DNA of 63,196 bases, filler included, from Reclinomonas americana ATCC 50394 (lineage: Eukaryota), in NCBI GenBank assembly GCA_048213135.1. It is 5 parts of one record of this genome, joined end to end, with 100 filler letters (N's around TTAATTAATTAA, not from the genome) between each part and the next. Parts side by side here need not be neighbours in the genome. Positions count along the whole stretch, not along the records: positions 1 to 16,598 come from PS015101.1; 4 more parts are not named here. One strand, written 5' to 3'. Below the pieces are notes generated by a model. The model was not told the origin of the DNA. It made no database searches and was given only the letters and a program-made list of their open reading frames with translations. Shown here piece by piece: positions 1 through 13,026 of this stretch; position 1 is the stretch's first letter; each line of letters begins with the position of its first letter. Made by a program: the position numbers and the translations under genes.

Positions 1-3000
1 CGCTCGTCACGCGGCGCTCCAGCACGGCAACATATTCGTTCCGGTGATTGCTCTGCTTCAAGTCGCGACGCTCCTCACTGTGCACACCGCCGACACGCTT
101 GTCATTATGCGCACCGCAACAGCACAGTATCCAATGAGCCCCCATGCGCAACTGGTGTAGCTTCACGCCAACTGCCTCGGACACGTAGCAGCACATGCCA
201 GCCTGTTCCTCCTGCTGGAGAGAGTGCGCCAGTGCGTGGGTCTTGTAGGATTCGACGGATACACCATCGCCACACGCTCTGCGCATACGTGTTTGCGCCG
301 TGAGTGAGGAGCGTGATCACAATTGCGCGGCATTCGACGACTCAACTCACCCAATGACGGCTCGCAGATACCAAATGGTTCGCGCGTACGCTGCATCGTC
401 ACCGCTGTCCCGATGAGTGGCCATCGTGTGCGAATAGTAATCCGCCAGCGCCGGAAAGAGCAGCAAAGCTGGCTCATCCTCCATCAACGTGAACAGCTCG
501 GCCTCCGAATACGACGGACAGTACTTGACGAGCACCGCTGCGTGAAGCGAGCATTCTCAGTGTGAGTGCTCACGCTCAACTCCGAATGCATGTGTGTGTA
601 TGTGTGGCTTGCTGGCTGGAAACAGCCTCACCTCGAAGTGCAAACATGATGACATGAGTTACGGCGATCCAGTCTCGTCCAAGGAAGGAACCACAGTTGT
701 TGGCGAATGAATAAATGACGCGAGCCAGTGTCGGATCGTCGCCAGACATGGCACTTATGAAATCGGCCAGGTCCGACATCATCTGGCCGACGATGCTCTT
801 CTCGTCGACGAGACGCAGAAAGCAGGTCTCGAGTGCGGCGCGGAAACGGACAGCAATGCCCTCAGCAACTATGTGAAGGTCGATGGGCAGCAAGATGTCT
901 CGATGAACCTGCATGCGGGGGGTGGCGCGCGGTTGTGAGTTTTTGAAGGCGAGGGAAAACCTCAAACACATACACAGGCACGCACGTTAAAGTCCGGCAA
1001 GTCGGTGACGAGTGCCGATGCAGGGTTCCTGTCACCTGCCACACCCAGTATAACCGACGTCTTCCTCTTCGCAACCACTCACGTGTGTGGTATAGATTGC
1101 GCCAAACCACCTTCGGTCGCACACCGACAAATTGGTCGCGGACAACGACAGGGTGCGGCAGTCTGCGGGCAGTGGATAACATTCGATCCAGTCCTGCAGC
1201 CAGCATGCACCACCGTGCAAGTGAGGATTACGCAGCACAACGGGAGTGCTCCATGACAAACACTCACCATGGCACCACCAGCAGTGTAGCTGGCGAATAA
1301 CCGCAGCAGCCTCCTGCGCCTCAGGGCCGTCGGCTGAGTGAAACAGCAGGTCGGCGACCACCCACAACTTCCGGCCATTGATATCCGCCACAAAGCCATT
1401 TCGAAGCCGGTTCATCGAAATGGTGAGCTGTTTGTATGCTGACATGTTGCTCGTCTCTGCAAGACCATTCTCCAGCGTAAGCACCTCGAGTGTAAACACG
1501 GCTCATCACTACCCGCGTATACGTATGCGCACCTGGTGGCGTGAGACCAACGCACGGGAAGTAGCGGGATTTTCCAGCGCGCAGCTCATCATCGGCCGGC
1601 CGATTGACAATCGCCAGATGCAATGCACCTTTTGGTCGCTGCGCGCGTGTGCTCAGTGACTCTGCAGCAGCGTGACAACGAATACAGTCAGTGCACGCAT
1701 GCTGCTGGCAACAAACAAAGTCCACATCGCTCACCCTTGAAATCATCATTGTCCGTCTTTACAAACAATACCACCACTTCGTCCGCGCCGGCCTCTGTTG
1801 CCCTGACCTCCATCGTGTCATCATACTGCAATCAAGACAGTCTCTCTGTTAGTCTAACAACTGCGAAATGAGCAGCCGAGAACAACAGCAGCCTACCGTC
1901 AGCGCGACACCACTCTCAGTGCCGCGAATCTGATCGTCGGTGCATTGCACAAAGGCCATCTTGCCGCCGGCAACAACATTTGTCGGAATGACGCACAGCA
2001 ATGGGACGCTGCGTGGACGATCGGCGGAAAGCGTGTCCACATCGTTCCATCGGAACACTGGACTGGAAACTCGTCCGAGCACCGTCCCGGGATTGATTGT
2101 GACTTCCACAACAGCCGTCGTTGACGGATGTCTCGGCCACACCAAGAGGCAAGCAAAGCGCTGAGCCACATCTGCTGCTGGTTCACCCCAAACACGAACA
2201 TTATTCTGCGGTGCAAAGCACTGCCTGTCAGCGCTACTGCAGGAGACAACAATCAACATGAATTGGCGCAACTGAGGGATACGGATGGCTGTCAAACAAC
2301 CACAATTGCACCACGGTTCTTTTGACTCCGTTGGGCCCCACCTGCCACATGCGCACGAGTACACGTTGGCAACGCGAGATGCATGCCAGCACAAACGACA
2401 GTGGATGATGATCAACAACTCAACGACATCCCACGAATTCAGCACCTTGGCAATCACGTCCGCGCCGTTAACAGCAGCGCACACAAAAGAGTTCTTCCAG
2501 AGAGCGACGCGCTTGCCGCTCCCGAGAGTCGCATACGTGACAAGAGCATGCAGCTCCTTCGTCTTCACTCGCGCCCCTGTCATGGGCCCGCGACGAATAA
2601 CGCTGCCGGGTGTCTGCGGAGGTGCCGGGGGTCGTTGGTCACGGGGAGCGGGCGACACACACGCTGGGGCGCGTCGAAACACACAATACCTTGCCAGCAA
2701 CATGCAAGTGACGAGGTGTGAGGCTATCCAGTGTACCAGGCAGTGCCAGCTGACGAGCAATGGCCTTCTCCAGCCGCATGTAGTGGCCTGGTTGCTCGTT
2801 GAAGTGCTTGACGCTCTCCACATACTCCGACGCCGCAAGCCCAAATGTGCTCAACTTGCACCGCCAGTTGGATATCTTCGGGGTGGTGTCCTTGTTGAAG
2901 TTGGCTCGGGGATACGTGAGAAGCGCATAGAGCAGCTCTTGTTGGCTGTGACTGAGTTTCACCAGCTCGATGAATTGCATGAGAAGGGCGTGTTCGAGTG

Positions 3001-4115
3001 ATTTGGCAGGCGCGAACGGGTTGTCGGGCGGAATGACTTTCTGTGCGCACAGGCAAACTCAGGCACTCGCATCACCAGTAGTAACATTAGCATGATGACG
3101 CTCACATGCGCACGTACCATCTGCTTGGCAGTGAATTCCTCAATCATGTTCACAACGCGCTGATGCTCCTCGTCGGTGAACGCCTCCAGCTCGGCAGCAG
3201 CCCGCTTGAGGTCGCGCTGAAGCTCTCGCTCACTCTCGTCAGCGGCGTACGCGTCATAATCATAGTTCTCGTCCTCGTCCTCGTCCGAGCTCGGCTCAGC
3301 CTCTTCCTCGACGCACACATAGTCTGCATCACAGCGTGAGAATGAACCAACAGGGATGTCACGAAGCAGAAACCGCAGCAACACACCGTCGCTTGTACAA
3401 ACACTCTCCACATCCTCTTCCTCCTCGTCCTCCTCATCATCATCGTCCATGGGGGCTGCGGCGTCGCACTCACGGAGACGGCCGCCACCGTCGATCATCA
3501 CCGGATCGTTCTTCGGCGCAACGCGCTCGAGGACGCCATCAACTGGCATCTCATCATCGTCGCTGGTGTCTGCGGATGAGAAACGCAGCTCCATCGGGGC
3601 ATCAGCAATCTCACGAGCCAGTGCGTCGTCGGCTTGTCGCTGCCGCAGACATCGTGCGGCCCATGTCTCGAGCTGAATGCGGTGGCTCTGTGTGCATGTG
3701 TGAGAGCATCAGCACCACGGAAGGGAACGCACACACACACACACACACACACATGCCTGTGCACATCAGCGCAGAGCGACGTCGAGAAAAATGNNNNNNN
3801 NNNNNNNNNNNNNAAGTCAATCCGCGAGTTTGAGCTTTTGTCCGTCACGCACACACACACACGCACCGACACACACACGAAGAGCGCGCCCATGCACACC
3901 TTGCTGTTGATGTGTCTGAGAAAGTTGCTTGAGCGCTGAGGGGCCTTTGGTTTGCGGCCGCAACACCAACAGCGCCACTTGTTGGAGGGCACGGCGTGTT
4001 TACCTGTCGAGTGATGGACCCGCTTTTCCCTTGCCAACACGCCTGCGAGCGCATCGAGCAGGCCTGCACTGAGTAGACTCTGTGCAATGACCTGGTTGAT
4101 GGCACTGTCGGGCAC
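1..4115 (-). mobile_element. Intron-containing CACTA/En-Spm (CMC)-like DDE transposase; 3' end runs off the window, 5' start uncertain
   Basis: Spliced exons give, in order: zinc-finger-like WRCWCCGRK..SSNFLRHINSK (~3900-3985), an acidic tract (2959-3594), VLFVKTDNDDF (~1740-1775), GALHLAIVNRP, ADLLFHSADGPEA..HCWWC (~1270-1355), LLPIDLHIVAEG (~860-895), GSFLGRDW, and YKTHALAH..G..SE..KQSNH (~40-250). This matches the D..DxP..CxxC..DxxH..KxHxLxH..E motif order of CMC transposases. Confidence 0.8.
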
Positions 4116-4253
4116 CGTTCACAGTGCAGCGCGAGAGGAAGAAAGATGAGATGGAGAGGAGACGTCAGATGAGGAGGGAAACATGTGTAGAGAAGGGCTG
4201 CTCGCGTTCGAGCAGTGTACTAATGTACCGCAGCGCGTACTCGATTTATCATC

Positions 4254-5981
4254 ATGAGCTTGCGGTTTGATGATGAAAACAGTGACTCCATCCCCGAGGC
4301 CACGGCAGCGGCGCCATTCTTGCCGGCTGCTCTGCGCTCCAGCTCAGGCGGAAGCTCCTAAGCAGTTGCGTGCGTCGTTTGCAGTTGGGTAACGTTGTCG
4401 AACGTTGTTGCTAAACTCCTGCGCCTCTTCATTACAGGTGAGATGATGATAATGATGAGGCCATTGTGGGTGGCGGTGGTTTAGGTCCCCACATGCCTGT
4501 GTCTGCTCGCAAGCGAGGAGCCCACGTGCACGGCTTCGAAGACAACGATGGCTCGCAGCCGCCCTTCAAGAGGCGGTCCATGTCGCAGTACCTGTGCAAC
4601 GCCGGCGTCCCCACGGACAGTGACGATGTTCGTGCCCTTGGCCTGTCCACCGAGGAGGGCCACTGCAAGGAGAAGAACCGCACCGAAGTACTGATGGTGG
4701 TCAATGCGCAAATCGTCAAACAGCTGGTTGACACAAACAAGCTGTTGGCTGCGATGGTCACGGAGCAAACCCAGTTGACCAAGACCACGAATGTGATTGT
4801 GAGCAAGATCACCAAGTGCGAGGACATTGAGGCGATGCGTCACGCAGCATGTGAGACGGTTGCCACGCTGGACAGCAAGGCAGTGGTTTGTGTCGTTCGA
4901 TTGATGCCGTTTGCTGCTCATCGTGTGGACCATGCTCTCACTTCATCGCGGTACAGGACGCAATTGCCGCCGTGGCGCGCTTTTCAATCCGCCGCAGCCT
5001 TGACGGTGGTGACTTTGCGACACTCAAACGCTGGCACAAGAAGGACCCCGACCTCATCCAGGAAACTGTGATGAACACGCCCAGGTTGTCAAAGTATAGG
5101 GCTATTGTAGAGACTTATGACGGGGCGAAGGAGGTTGCCGGGAAGGTACGCTGCTTGGACGTCGTTTTCTCTTTCTCTCTCTCTCTCTGTCTCTCCCATA
5201 GACACACGCACACACACTCCCTCCGTCCTGTGTGTGCGCGTAACGTAAGCCAATCAACTGCATCGTGCAGATTACGTCGAGAATCAACTCGGCCCTCTCC
5301 AGTATCACCAGCAGAATCAACAATGAGTGCCTTGTTGCTGGTGCCGCTGCTTACCGCTCTCTTGATGAATTCAAGCAGTTTTTGCAGCGCACCGGAGTCG
5401 AGGATGCCAAGGTGTGTTTTTAGCCTGCTTGGCGCAGCTTGCAGTTTTCCTTCTTTATCGGCGCCAACACGTTGACACACAGGTGGCGAATGCAAAAGAT
5501 GGCCGTGCTGAGGCTCTCACGGCTGCCTTTGCAAACCGTGAGCAGTCGCGCGTGGTCTTTGGAATGATGGTTTGTGGGCGGGAGCGTGAGCGTCGGTCGT
5601 TGGGTGCAGCCCATACTCACCGTACTTGTGATGTGTGTGCAGGTACTTGTCAGCTATCACCTCCACCATGTTGACGGCAAGAACGCGACGTTTGGGAAGA
5701 TTGTTAACTGGTTGCACCGGCATCGACTTTCGCTTCGCTCATCTCCGGAGACTGTTTTCTGTGCTCTGGCCGGCTCTGAGGGGAATACGGCCTTCATGGT
5801 GCATCTGCCGTGGGAGCTCTTGTTTCCGACGGCAGGTGGGATGGAACACGGTGACCATGTGGAGCAGGCCGCACAGGCAGCCGGCAGTGACGTTGTTGGC
5901 AACTCTTCTAGTGACGATCGCGGCGTGGGAGATGAGCTGGAGGAAGCGGAACGGGAGGAAGATGACGGTGATCTTGACTGA
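4254..5981 (+). CDS. Multi-exon hypothetical protein divergent from the transposase; probable accessory ORF of the element
   Basis: Coding-like segments at ~4442-4880, 4957-5145, 5271-5411, 5483-5569 and 5644-5981 are bounded by AG/GT. There is a coiled-coil-like middle and an acidic C-terminus. Start is uncertain. Confidence 0.55.
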
Positions 5982-6343
5982 CGGATCCCGATCTGGAGCG
6001 GGATATTTTTTTTGCAGTTTTTCGCAGCAGTGCAGACAAACAGACAGACTTAGAAGATGAGTACTGNNNNNNNNNNNNNNNNNNNNNNNNNNNNNCATAG
6101 TGAATGATGCAGCACTTGCTTGCGGATTGTGGCGGTGTCGGGAGGGCTGGTGCAGCGGGGGGCGCGGGATTTGGCGATATAACCGGTTCTTATACCTACT
6201 TCTGTATTGATCCCTAACTCGTAATCCAATATAGAAGCTTTCAGGCGCGCTAAACTGCGTCTTGTGTGCGTCGGAAAGATGGACGGGACTCTCGCAGCAC
6301 CCGAGATTGAGCGCATACCATACGATGAATTGTAATTAACACT

Positions 6344-7381
6344 CTACGCTCTGAGAGTAAGGACGCAGTGGCAGTGATGTTCTCTGCCTTGTCTTTCCTT
6401 CCTACCTCTCGCAACAAAGGGAAAGTCAAAGAAACGGGGAGGAGCGTTGGCATCTACTTGTGATTCTGTTCGACGTCTCTCATCAGGCGGAGGGACAGCG
6501 TTGTTTCGCAAGAGTGCGTTCTTCTCCATCGTGTCTGTCTTCTCTCTGTGTGTAACGTATCTGCTGAGCTTACGCGTGCTCGAGAGGAGCATGGTTGCCG
6601 TCGCAGTGAGGAGTGGTGCGCTACGGGCAGCCAGAGAGGTCGAAGTCCAGCCCAGCCACGCTCTCGATGTCTCTCACTGCCGTTCTGATCTCGGTGTCAA
6701 TCTCGCTGACTAGTGTTGGGTTTCTGTGAGATCGACAGACTGCATGACGAGAGAATGAACGCGGCGAAGAGAGACTCCCAGTGTCTTTCTGCACCGGCTT
6801 CGTGCCTCTCTCTGTGCGAGAGACCAGAGAAGAAGCCCAACCAGCGTGCATGCTCGCTCAACGCCAAACCTGCAGCAGGCGCGCTCGTAGCCCAGAAACA
6901 GACCAGCACGCAACGACAGCACGCCTCAAGAATGCTCCTCTGTCGACACTCGCACTCGCTGCGAGCAATGAGAACAACAATGTTACAATGAGATGTCACA
7001 CTTCAACAAGCCCTCTCGTTTCCACTCGCGCACTTGGACGTTGGCCTCCGCCAGCGCCTCAAGGTAATCGCCGTCGTAACAGTCGTTGTGAAGACCAATG
7101 GTCCCGAGTGTCGCTGCAAAAAACGAAACTCTTCAGTGATGCATGGACACAGCGCACGCGTCTAATGCCATCCACCACTACTCACCAACGAGCTGGTTCC
7201 TGTGCACACCATACTCCGCTGTTCCTCGGTAATCCTCCAGTGACCGGGCCAATGCCACAACCAGACTCTCAAAAGAGCGCGGATTCGCCTTGACAACAGC
7301 AAGACCGTCGACGACACTCTGCATGGAGTGCGTCTCACGGAGCGCCTCCTCAAGTGCACACACAGCAGCGTCAAACTCCAT
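6344..7381 (-). CDS. Hypothetical multi-exon protein (MEFDAAVCALEEALRETHSM...)
   Basis: ATG at 7381 opens a helical exon ending at a gtgagt donor (~7185). A further exon reads DGDYLEALAEANVQVREWKREG (~7000-7075). The 3' end is uncertain. Confidence 0.4.
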
Positions 7382-7545
7382 GCTCGACGTAGTGTGTGCC
7401 AGTGACAGGCTCTTTCGTTTTTCCACTGGGTGTGCCCCGCCCCTCTTTGTTCCCCACGGCTTTCCACTGCGCACAACACGTTGCTTGTTTGAAAAACAAA
7501 ACAACACTGCTCACAGGACGCGACGTCTTCTCTGTTCTTCTCCCC

Positions 7546-9327
7546 ATGGTGGTCGCCGGCGTGGGCGAGCTCCTTCGCGAGCTCCCCGCCGCCCTCCAAC
7601 ACAAACCCCAAGAGCTCGTGCGCGGAGTCGTCAAAACCGTTCGCGATCTTCCGCCCGTCGTCACCCGCGCCGCACAACGATTGCCGCTCACACAGCGACG
7701 CGCGTGGGATGCGCGCAAGGGCGGCACAAAGCTCATCCCGTGCTCCCCATCGCATGTCTATCAGAGAGGCGCAGGTGCTGTGAGTGTATGTCTCTCTGTG
7801 ATGGCAGTTGACTGATCAATGATCGATTGTCAGATGTCGATCGAGAGGCTACTCTGTACATCAAAGGTATATCGCTTTCTTTCGTCGTGTTTTCCTCATT
7901 GATCGCGTGAGCTCATTGTCGCCCTCTGCGTGCACTACAGGCTTCCTTGCACCGGTGATCGATCATTCGGTTTCTTCACTTTGTCTTTGTCTTCTTCATG
8001 CTGACGATCGCTGCTTGTTGGCAGAGTGAGCGACCGGAATCGTTTCGTGAGTGGATCAAGTGCCACGAGGTGCTTGTCGACAGTCCAGCACATCAGTGGT
8101 CACCGCGGGTGCGATGCCTTCCTTGCGCACATCGTCTCCTCCTGAGCTCACCCTCGTCGTCTGCTGTAGTTGTATGGGTGGCAGTGGCCGAGTGGGCGCG
8201 TGTTTCCCGGCTACGGGCGCATTCCGATCCCGTGGACCACCATCTCCTCGCTGGTGTATGTGGTCTACAGCAAGGCGCGCAGCTTGAGCAAGTTCAACCC
8301 CGAGCTGCTGCTGGCCTCGACTGCGCAGGTGCGCCCGGGTGGAGCATCTGTGAATCTGCAGCAGGGTGGCTCACTGTGGGCATGAGTGCGCAGGACGCTG
8401 TCATCATTCTTGGTTCGCTGTGGTATCAGTGGCACAAGGCCGAGTTGGAGGCCGAGCGCCGCGCGCATCATCTCGCGCAGGAGATAGAATCGCTTCGTTT
8501 GTACCACGATCGCGTTCGCATCGTGGCGCACTCTCGTTGCGTTTGTGCGTGTGGGAGGGAAGAGGATGTTGGAAACGTGAGTGGCTCACTGTTTGTCACA
8601 GTCGGTTGCAAGCACGTGCTCGAAGCCCTGCAACTCGTTGCGTCGTCCGCCTCTTTGTGCTCTTATGTTGTTTCTCATTCCCGTGATTCGCAGATTCCCA
8701 AGAGCCATCGACCCGACGAGGTGCGAGAGAGACAGGGGCAGCTGTGATTGAAAGTGTCTCACGTGTTCACTTCAACTCCACGCGCAGCTCCACTTGTGTG
8801 CCCCCGCTGTCACCATGACGGCGAGTACTCGGTTGCTGGTCGACCCTGCCTTGGAACACACGTTTATTTATTTCACGCCAAAGGTGGCGTGGTAGCGCAC
8901 GCGAGTGAGTCTTTTTCCAGTCGCGTGCACACTCACGTTGCTGCTCCCGCGCAGGACTTTCTTTTACAATCCATGTTTCGCCTCATGAGCAAGTTCGACC
9001 GACCGCTCGGCAATGTCGGGCCACTGCCCGACGTGCCTGGCATCACCGGAATCCGCGTCTGTGACCATTTCTCTTACTGGGTCCACGGACAGGTGCGTCT
9101 CCTCTTGATTCCTCACTGTGAACCAGAACTCACTGTGCTCTCCCTTGTCTTCGCGCCAGTACAACAATCGGTTCCATCGTTTTGCTCAGGCTCTTGCCGC
9201 TTCACCGAACGCCGTCGTGGAGGAGGCCGTGCAAGAGGCTGTGGAGGAAGTCGTGATGGCGCACATAAACGCCGCCGCCGCGCAACAACAGCAACAGCAA
9301 CAGCAACCGCAACCACACCATCAATAG
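7546..9327 (+). CDS. Hypothetical multi-exon protein with poly-Gln C-terminus
   Basis: ATG at 7546 with GC3-rich codons. Exons include YGWQWPSGRVFPGYGR, DAVIILGSLWYQWHKAE, CPRCHHD, DFLLQSMFRLMSKF, and a final ...AAAAQQQQQQQQPQPHHQ*. Confidence 0.55.
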
Positions 9328-9535
9328 GAGCACCCACTGCGGGTTGAGATCTCCACTATTTTTTCGCTGTACATATCGTGCATGTAATATACAACTCTCT
9401 CTGTTTGGCTCCTCCTTTTTCTCCCCGTGTATTCGCCAACGCAAAAAGAAACAATGGGCTTCAACAAATCCGCAACAACAACAACAACAAAAAGGACTCC
9501 TTGTGATCCCCTTTCCCCACCCCACAAAACTACTC

Positions 9536-12500
9536 TCACAATCGGTGCACCTGGTGGGCCGTGCTCAAAAAGTGATCCGGCACCACCGCGTGCCCGACGG
9601 CGGCACCGTCCGGACCCAACGCTCGTCGCTTCACCGCATCCACACCCAACAGCGGCTCGTCCGCTCGTTCCTGCACCTGCTGTCCGCCGATACCGGCGTC
9701 GTTGAAGCGTACGTGGCCACGCTTGGCGTCGAACACGTGCGAGCGCGGGAAGCCGTCCTCCTTCTCGTCTCGCAGTCCCGGCCGCTCCAGTGTCAACTCA
9801 CCGTACGTGGTCTGTGGTCTCTGCACGCCCTGCGGCACCGTCGGGTGCACGCGATTGCCTAGTGGGTCGTAGCTGCTCGGGTACAGCGGGTGCTCCCGCT
9901 GGTTGGTATGGAACGCCTGGTAGGTGGTCTGCAGGCCGATGAAGCCTTGCGATTTGACCGCGCGGACGGGTGATTTGAGGCTCATGCCGTCGCGGCTGCC
10001 CCCAACTGCGGAGACGAAAGGGAAAGGGGGAAGATNNNNNNNNNNNNNNNNNNNNNNNNNNNNNNNNNNNNNNNNNNNNNNNNNNNNNNNNNNNNNNNNN
10101 NNNNNNNNNNNNNNNNNNNNNNNNNNNNNNNNNNNNNNNNNNNNNNNNNNNNNNNNNNNNNNNNNNNNNNNNNNNNNNNNNNNNNNNNNNNNNNNNNNNN
10201 NNNNNNNNNNNNNNNNNNNNNNNNNNNNNNNNNNNNNNNNNNNNNNNNNNNNNNNNNNNNNNNNNNNNNNNNNNNNNNNNNNNNNNNNNNNNNNNNNNNN
10301 NNNNNNNNNNNNNNNNNNNNNNNNNNNNNNNNNNNNNNNNNNNNNNNNNNNNNNNNNNNNNNNNNNNNNNNNNNNNNNNNNNNNNNNNNNNNNNNNNNNN
10401 NNNNNNNNNNNNNNNNNNNNNNNNNNNNNNAGCGAAGGGGGAAGAGCATGAGGGGAAGAGCAAAGGGGGAAAAGCAAGGGGGGAAGAGAACAGGGGAGCA
10501 AAGGGGAAGGGCAAAGGGGAAGGGCAAAGGGGGAAGGGCAAAGGGGGAAGGGCAAAAGGGGGAAGAGCAAAAGGGGGAAGGGCACAGGGGGAGGAGCAAA
10601 AAGGGGAAAGGCACAAGGGGAGAGAGCAAGGGGAAGAGTAAGCGAGAAAGCAAGGGGAAGAGTAAGCGAGAAAGCAAGCAGGAAGAGCAAGGTGAAGAAG
10701 ACAAGGGGAAAAAGCAAAGGGGAAGAGAGTACTCACCCGAATCACCAATCGGCACATCGCCACCATCGACAAAGTAACTGCGCTGCCCCTGCGTCGTGGC
10801 CCACGTCACACTGCATCGAATCAAGAGTGAGCGACGAGACACATGACTCTGTTCTCTTCTCTCTCGGCAGAAACGAAACGGATCGTCCAGCACGTCGCTG
10901 TGGCCACGCAGCGCATTGCGGTTGGTCGTTCGCCACTGATGGTCCAACATCGGATCCGTGTACGTCTTGAACTGTCGTGCGGCGTGAGACGAAAGCACCG
11001 AAAGTTGCATCCCTCTTTCCACTCACCGTGGCCGTCTTATCCACTGCGGCCTTGACGCCATTCATCAATCGGTCGTTGAAGGCACGCTGTACACTCTCTG
11101 GATGGCCGGCACCGCGGTGCACCGCGTGCTGCGTCGACTGCGTCACCATCATTCTCGTGCGGTGCGCGGAGCCAGTGGCGCGTGGGTCGCGGGATTGTGA
11201 GTACTGCGTGCAGGGGACGGTGAGTGAGAAGGAGAGGGGGAGGGAGAAGGGGGAGCGAGGAAGAAAGAGAGGAGGTGGAGGGGGAAGAAATGAAGAGAGA
11301 GATACGGAATCCGATCAGAATGCTATGCCTACTGTTGTGCATGGCTGTTATTATTCCCAAGTTTCAGAGAGCGAGATGCAGGCGAAGGCAAGAAGGCAGA
11401 AGAGGAGCGATTGGAGTGCAGTGCTCTGTGAACTTGATCTACGAAGATGAGGTGCAGCGGGAAGAAGAAGTAGAGGAGCGGCCAAACACGTTGTCGGAGT
11501 GCAGCGTCGCATAATGCCCTACTCGCGGAAGAGCAAGAGAGAAAGAGAGTGGGGAGAGCAAAGAGGGACACGCGATGTCGAACATGCGTCGGCGACTCCC
11601 TCAGTGATGGAGAGCAAACGCGAGAAAGAGGCATATCGAGTGACAGATATCGAACCCGCGATCGGAAACGAGCGTTCTGATCAATCTCTGCACGGAGTTG
11701 CACCTCTGAGAGTGAAAGATGAGACTGGGAAAAACAGATAAGAGGCAAGCCACGACTCGCAAAACGCGTTCCGATAAGGGGGAATGCAGACGGAGGAATG
11801 TGAAAGTCAGAGGACTGAGAGATGGCGAGAAATTGAACCCGCGATCGCAAATGACTGATCGTGTCTCCATGCACGTGTCAACATCCCCGCTCCGAGTGAG
11901 AGAAAGAGGCACATCGAGTGACAGATATCGAAACCCCGATCGACACGCAGTGTTCTGATCGCTTCTCCCCTCTACTTCGTGCACCTGTCAACATCACTCC
12001 GCGAGGAGAGAGGGAGAGAGTCGGCGAGAGAAATCGAACCCACGATCGGAAATGAGTGGTGTGATCGTTCTTTACACGGAGACTCTCCCCGTGCACCCCT
12101 CTGAGAGTGAATGAAAGAAAATGGAGAGAGGGAGGAGAAAGCCCAGTGAATTCCGATATCCGGTTCGATATCTCTTCTTACGTCCCCCCACCCTCTCTGC
12201 CTCCCCCATAGCCACGCAACAGTAAGTGACGTGCTCAGCGGCGCCCGCTTGTACAACGCCGCCGGATCATTCGCCGGCTTGCTCGTGTGCTTCACCATGG
12301 TCTCACTGAGATGCGTGTCGCGCCCGACACTCGCATTCAACACATGCAACGCCTACGAAAACAACAAACAAACAAAGAGAACAATCAGTAACGAGAGAGA
12401 GAGAGAGAAGGAAGAAGAACAAGCAACAAGAACAAGAAGAAGGAAGAGGAAGAGGAGGAGGAGGAGGAGGAGGAGGAGGAGGAGGAGGAGGAGGAAGGAG

Positions 12501-12558
12501 AAGAATAGGCGTGATTATCCGTCACCGACAGACGCCTAATCTCTCGCAAACCACAATG

Positions 12559-12594
<36 letters not shown>

Positions 12595-12637
12595 CGGAGT
12601 CAATAGGCGCGACTATCCGTCACCTGCAGACACCCAA

Positions 12638-12674
<37 letters not shown>

Positions 12675-12969
12675 ACACGTGCATCTATTCCGTTTCTTCC
12701 CCTTTCTCTCCCTCCCCTCCTCTCTCCTTCTCTCTCTCTCCCTCCCCTTCTCCCTCTCCCTCTCTCTTCACCTCTTGCTTGGCAGGCGCCAGTGGCTTAT
12801 GCCGCACAGGCGAGAGACTCGCATGTCGTGCCACCCTCGTGCCATGACTCAGCGTGTACGTTGTCGCCTTGCGCGCAGTCATTCCCGCGCGATTGCGCAG
12901 ACGTTCATCCAGTGGACGCAAGTGGTCCACAAGAGCACGCGTGGTCGCTTGCATGTGCTGCTCAGTCAT
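9536..12969 (-). CDS. Probable ciliary microtubule-inner/binding protein with spaced [ST]TYxxxH-type motifs
   Basis: Exons at ~12771-12969, 12221-12351, 11027-11215, 10736-11010 and 9536-10005 contain TTYTLSH, QSTQHAVH, WRTTNRNAL, QTTYQAFH, QTTYGEL and LSTAHQVH in a disordered background, resembling Mn/SAXO-type motifs. Confidence 0.5.
11615..12172. repeat. Degenerate intronic repeat with core GA[TA]ATCGAACCC.CGATCG: four direct copies plus one inverted
   Basis: Copies near 11646, 11828, 11924 and 12029; inverted copy CCGATATCCGGTTCGATATC at ~12153. Confidence 0.65.
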
Positions 12970-13026
12970 AGTTTACTCGCCAGTATAAACTGACTGACAA
13001 TACCGACAATGCTGCTCGCGCGTTTG

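Noticed and set aside
4254-5981. Transposon accessory gene as a Fanzor/TnpB or HNH nuclease
   Set aside because: No RuvC D-E-D motifs or paired CxxC were seen, and HHVDG lacks the rest of an HNH motif.
7162-7755. 197-aa minus-strand ORF
   Set aside because: Probably an antisense shadow of the + gene starting at 7546 running into a different frame of the minus gene.
12504-12633. Duplicated GTGACGGATA.TC.CGCCTATT as alternative exons
   Set aside because: The copy with a CAG acceptor meets an in-frame TGA, and the flanking exons already join in frame.
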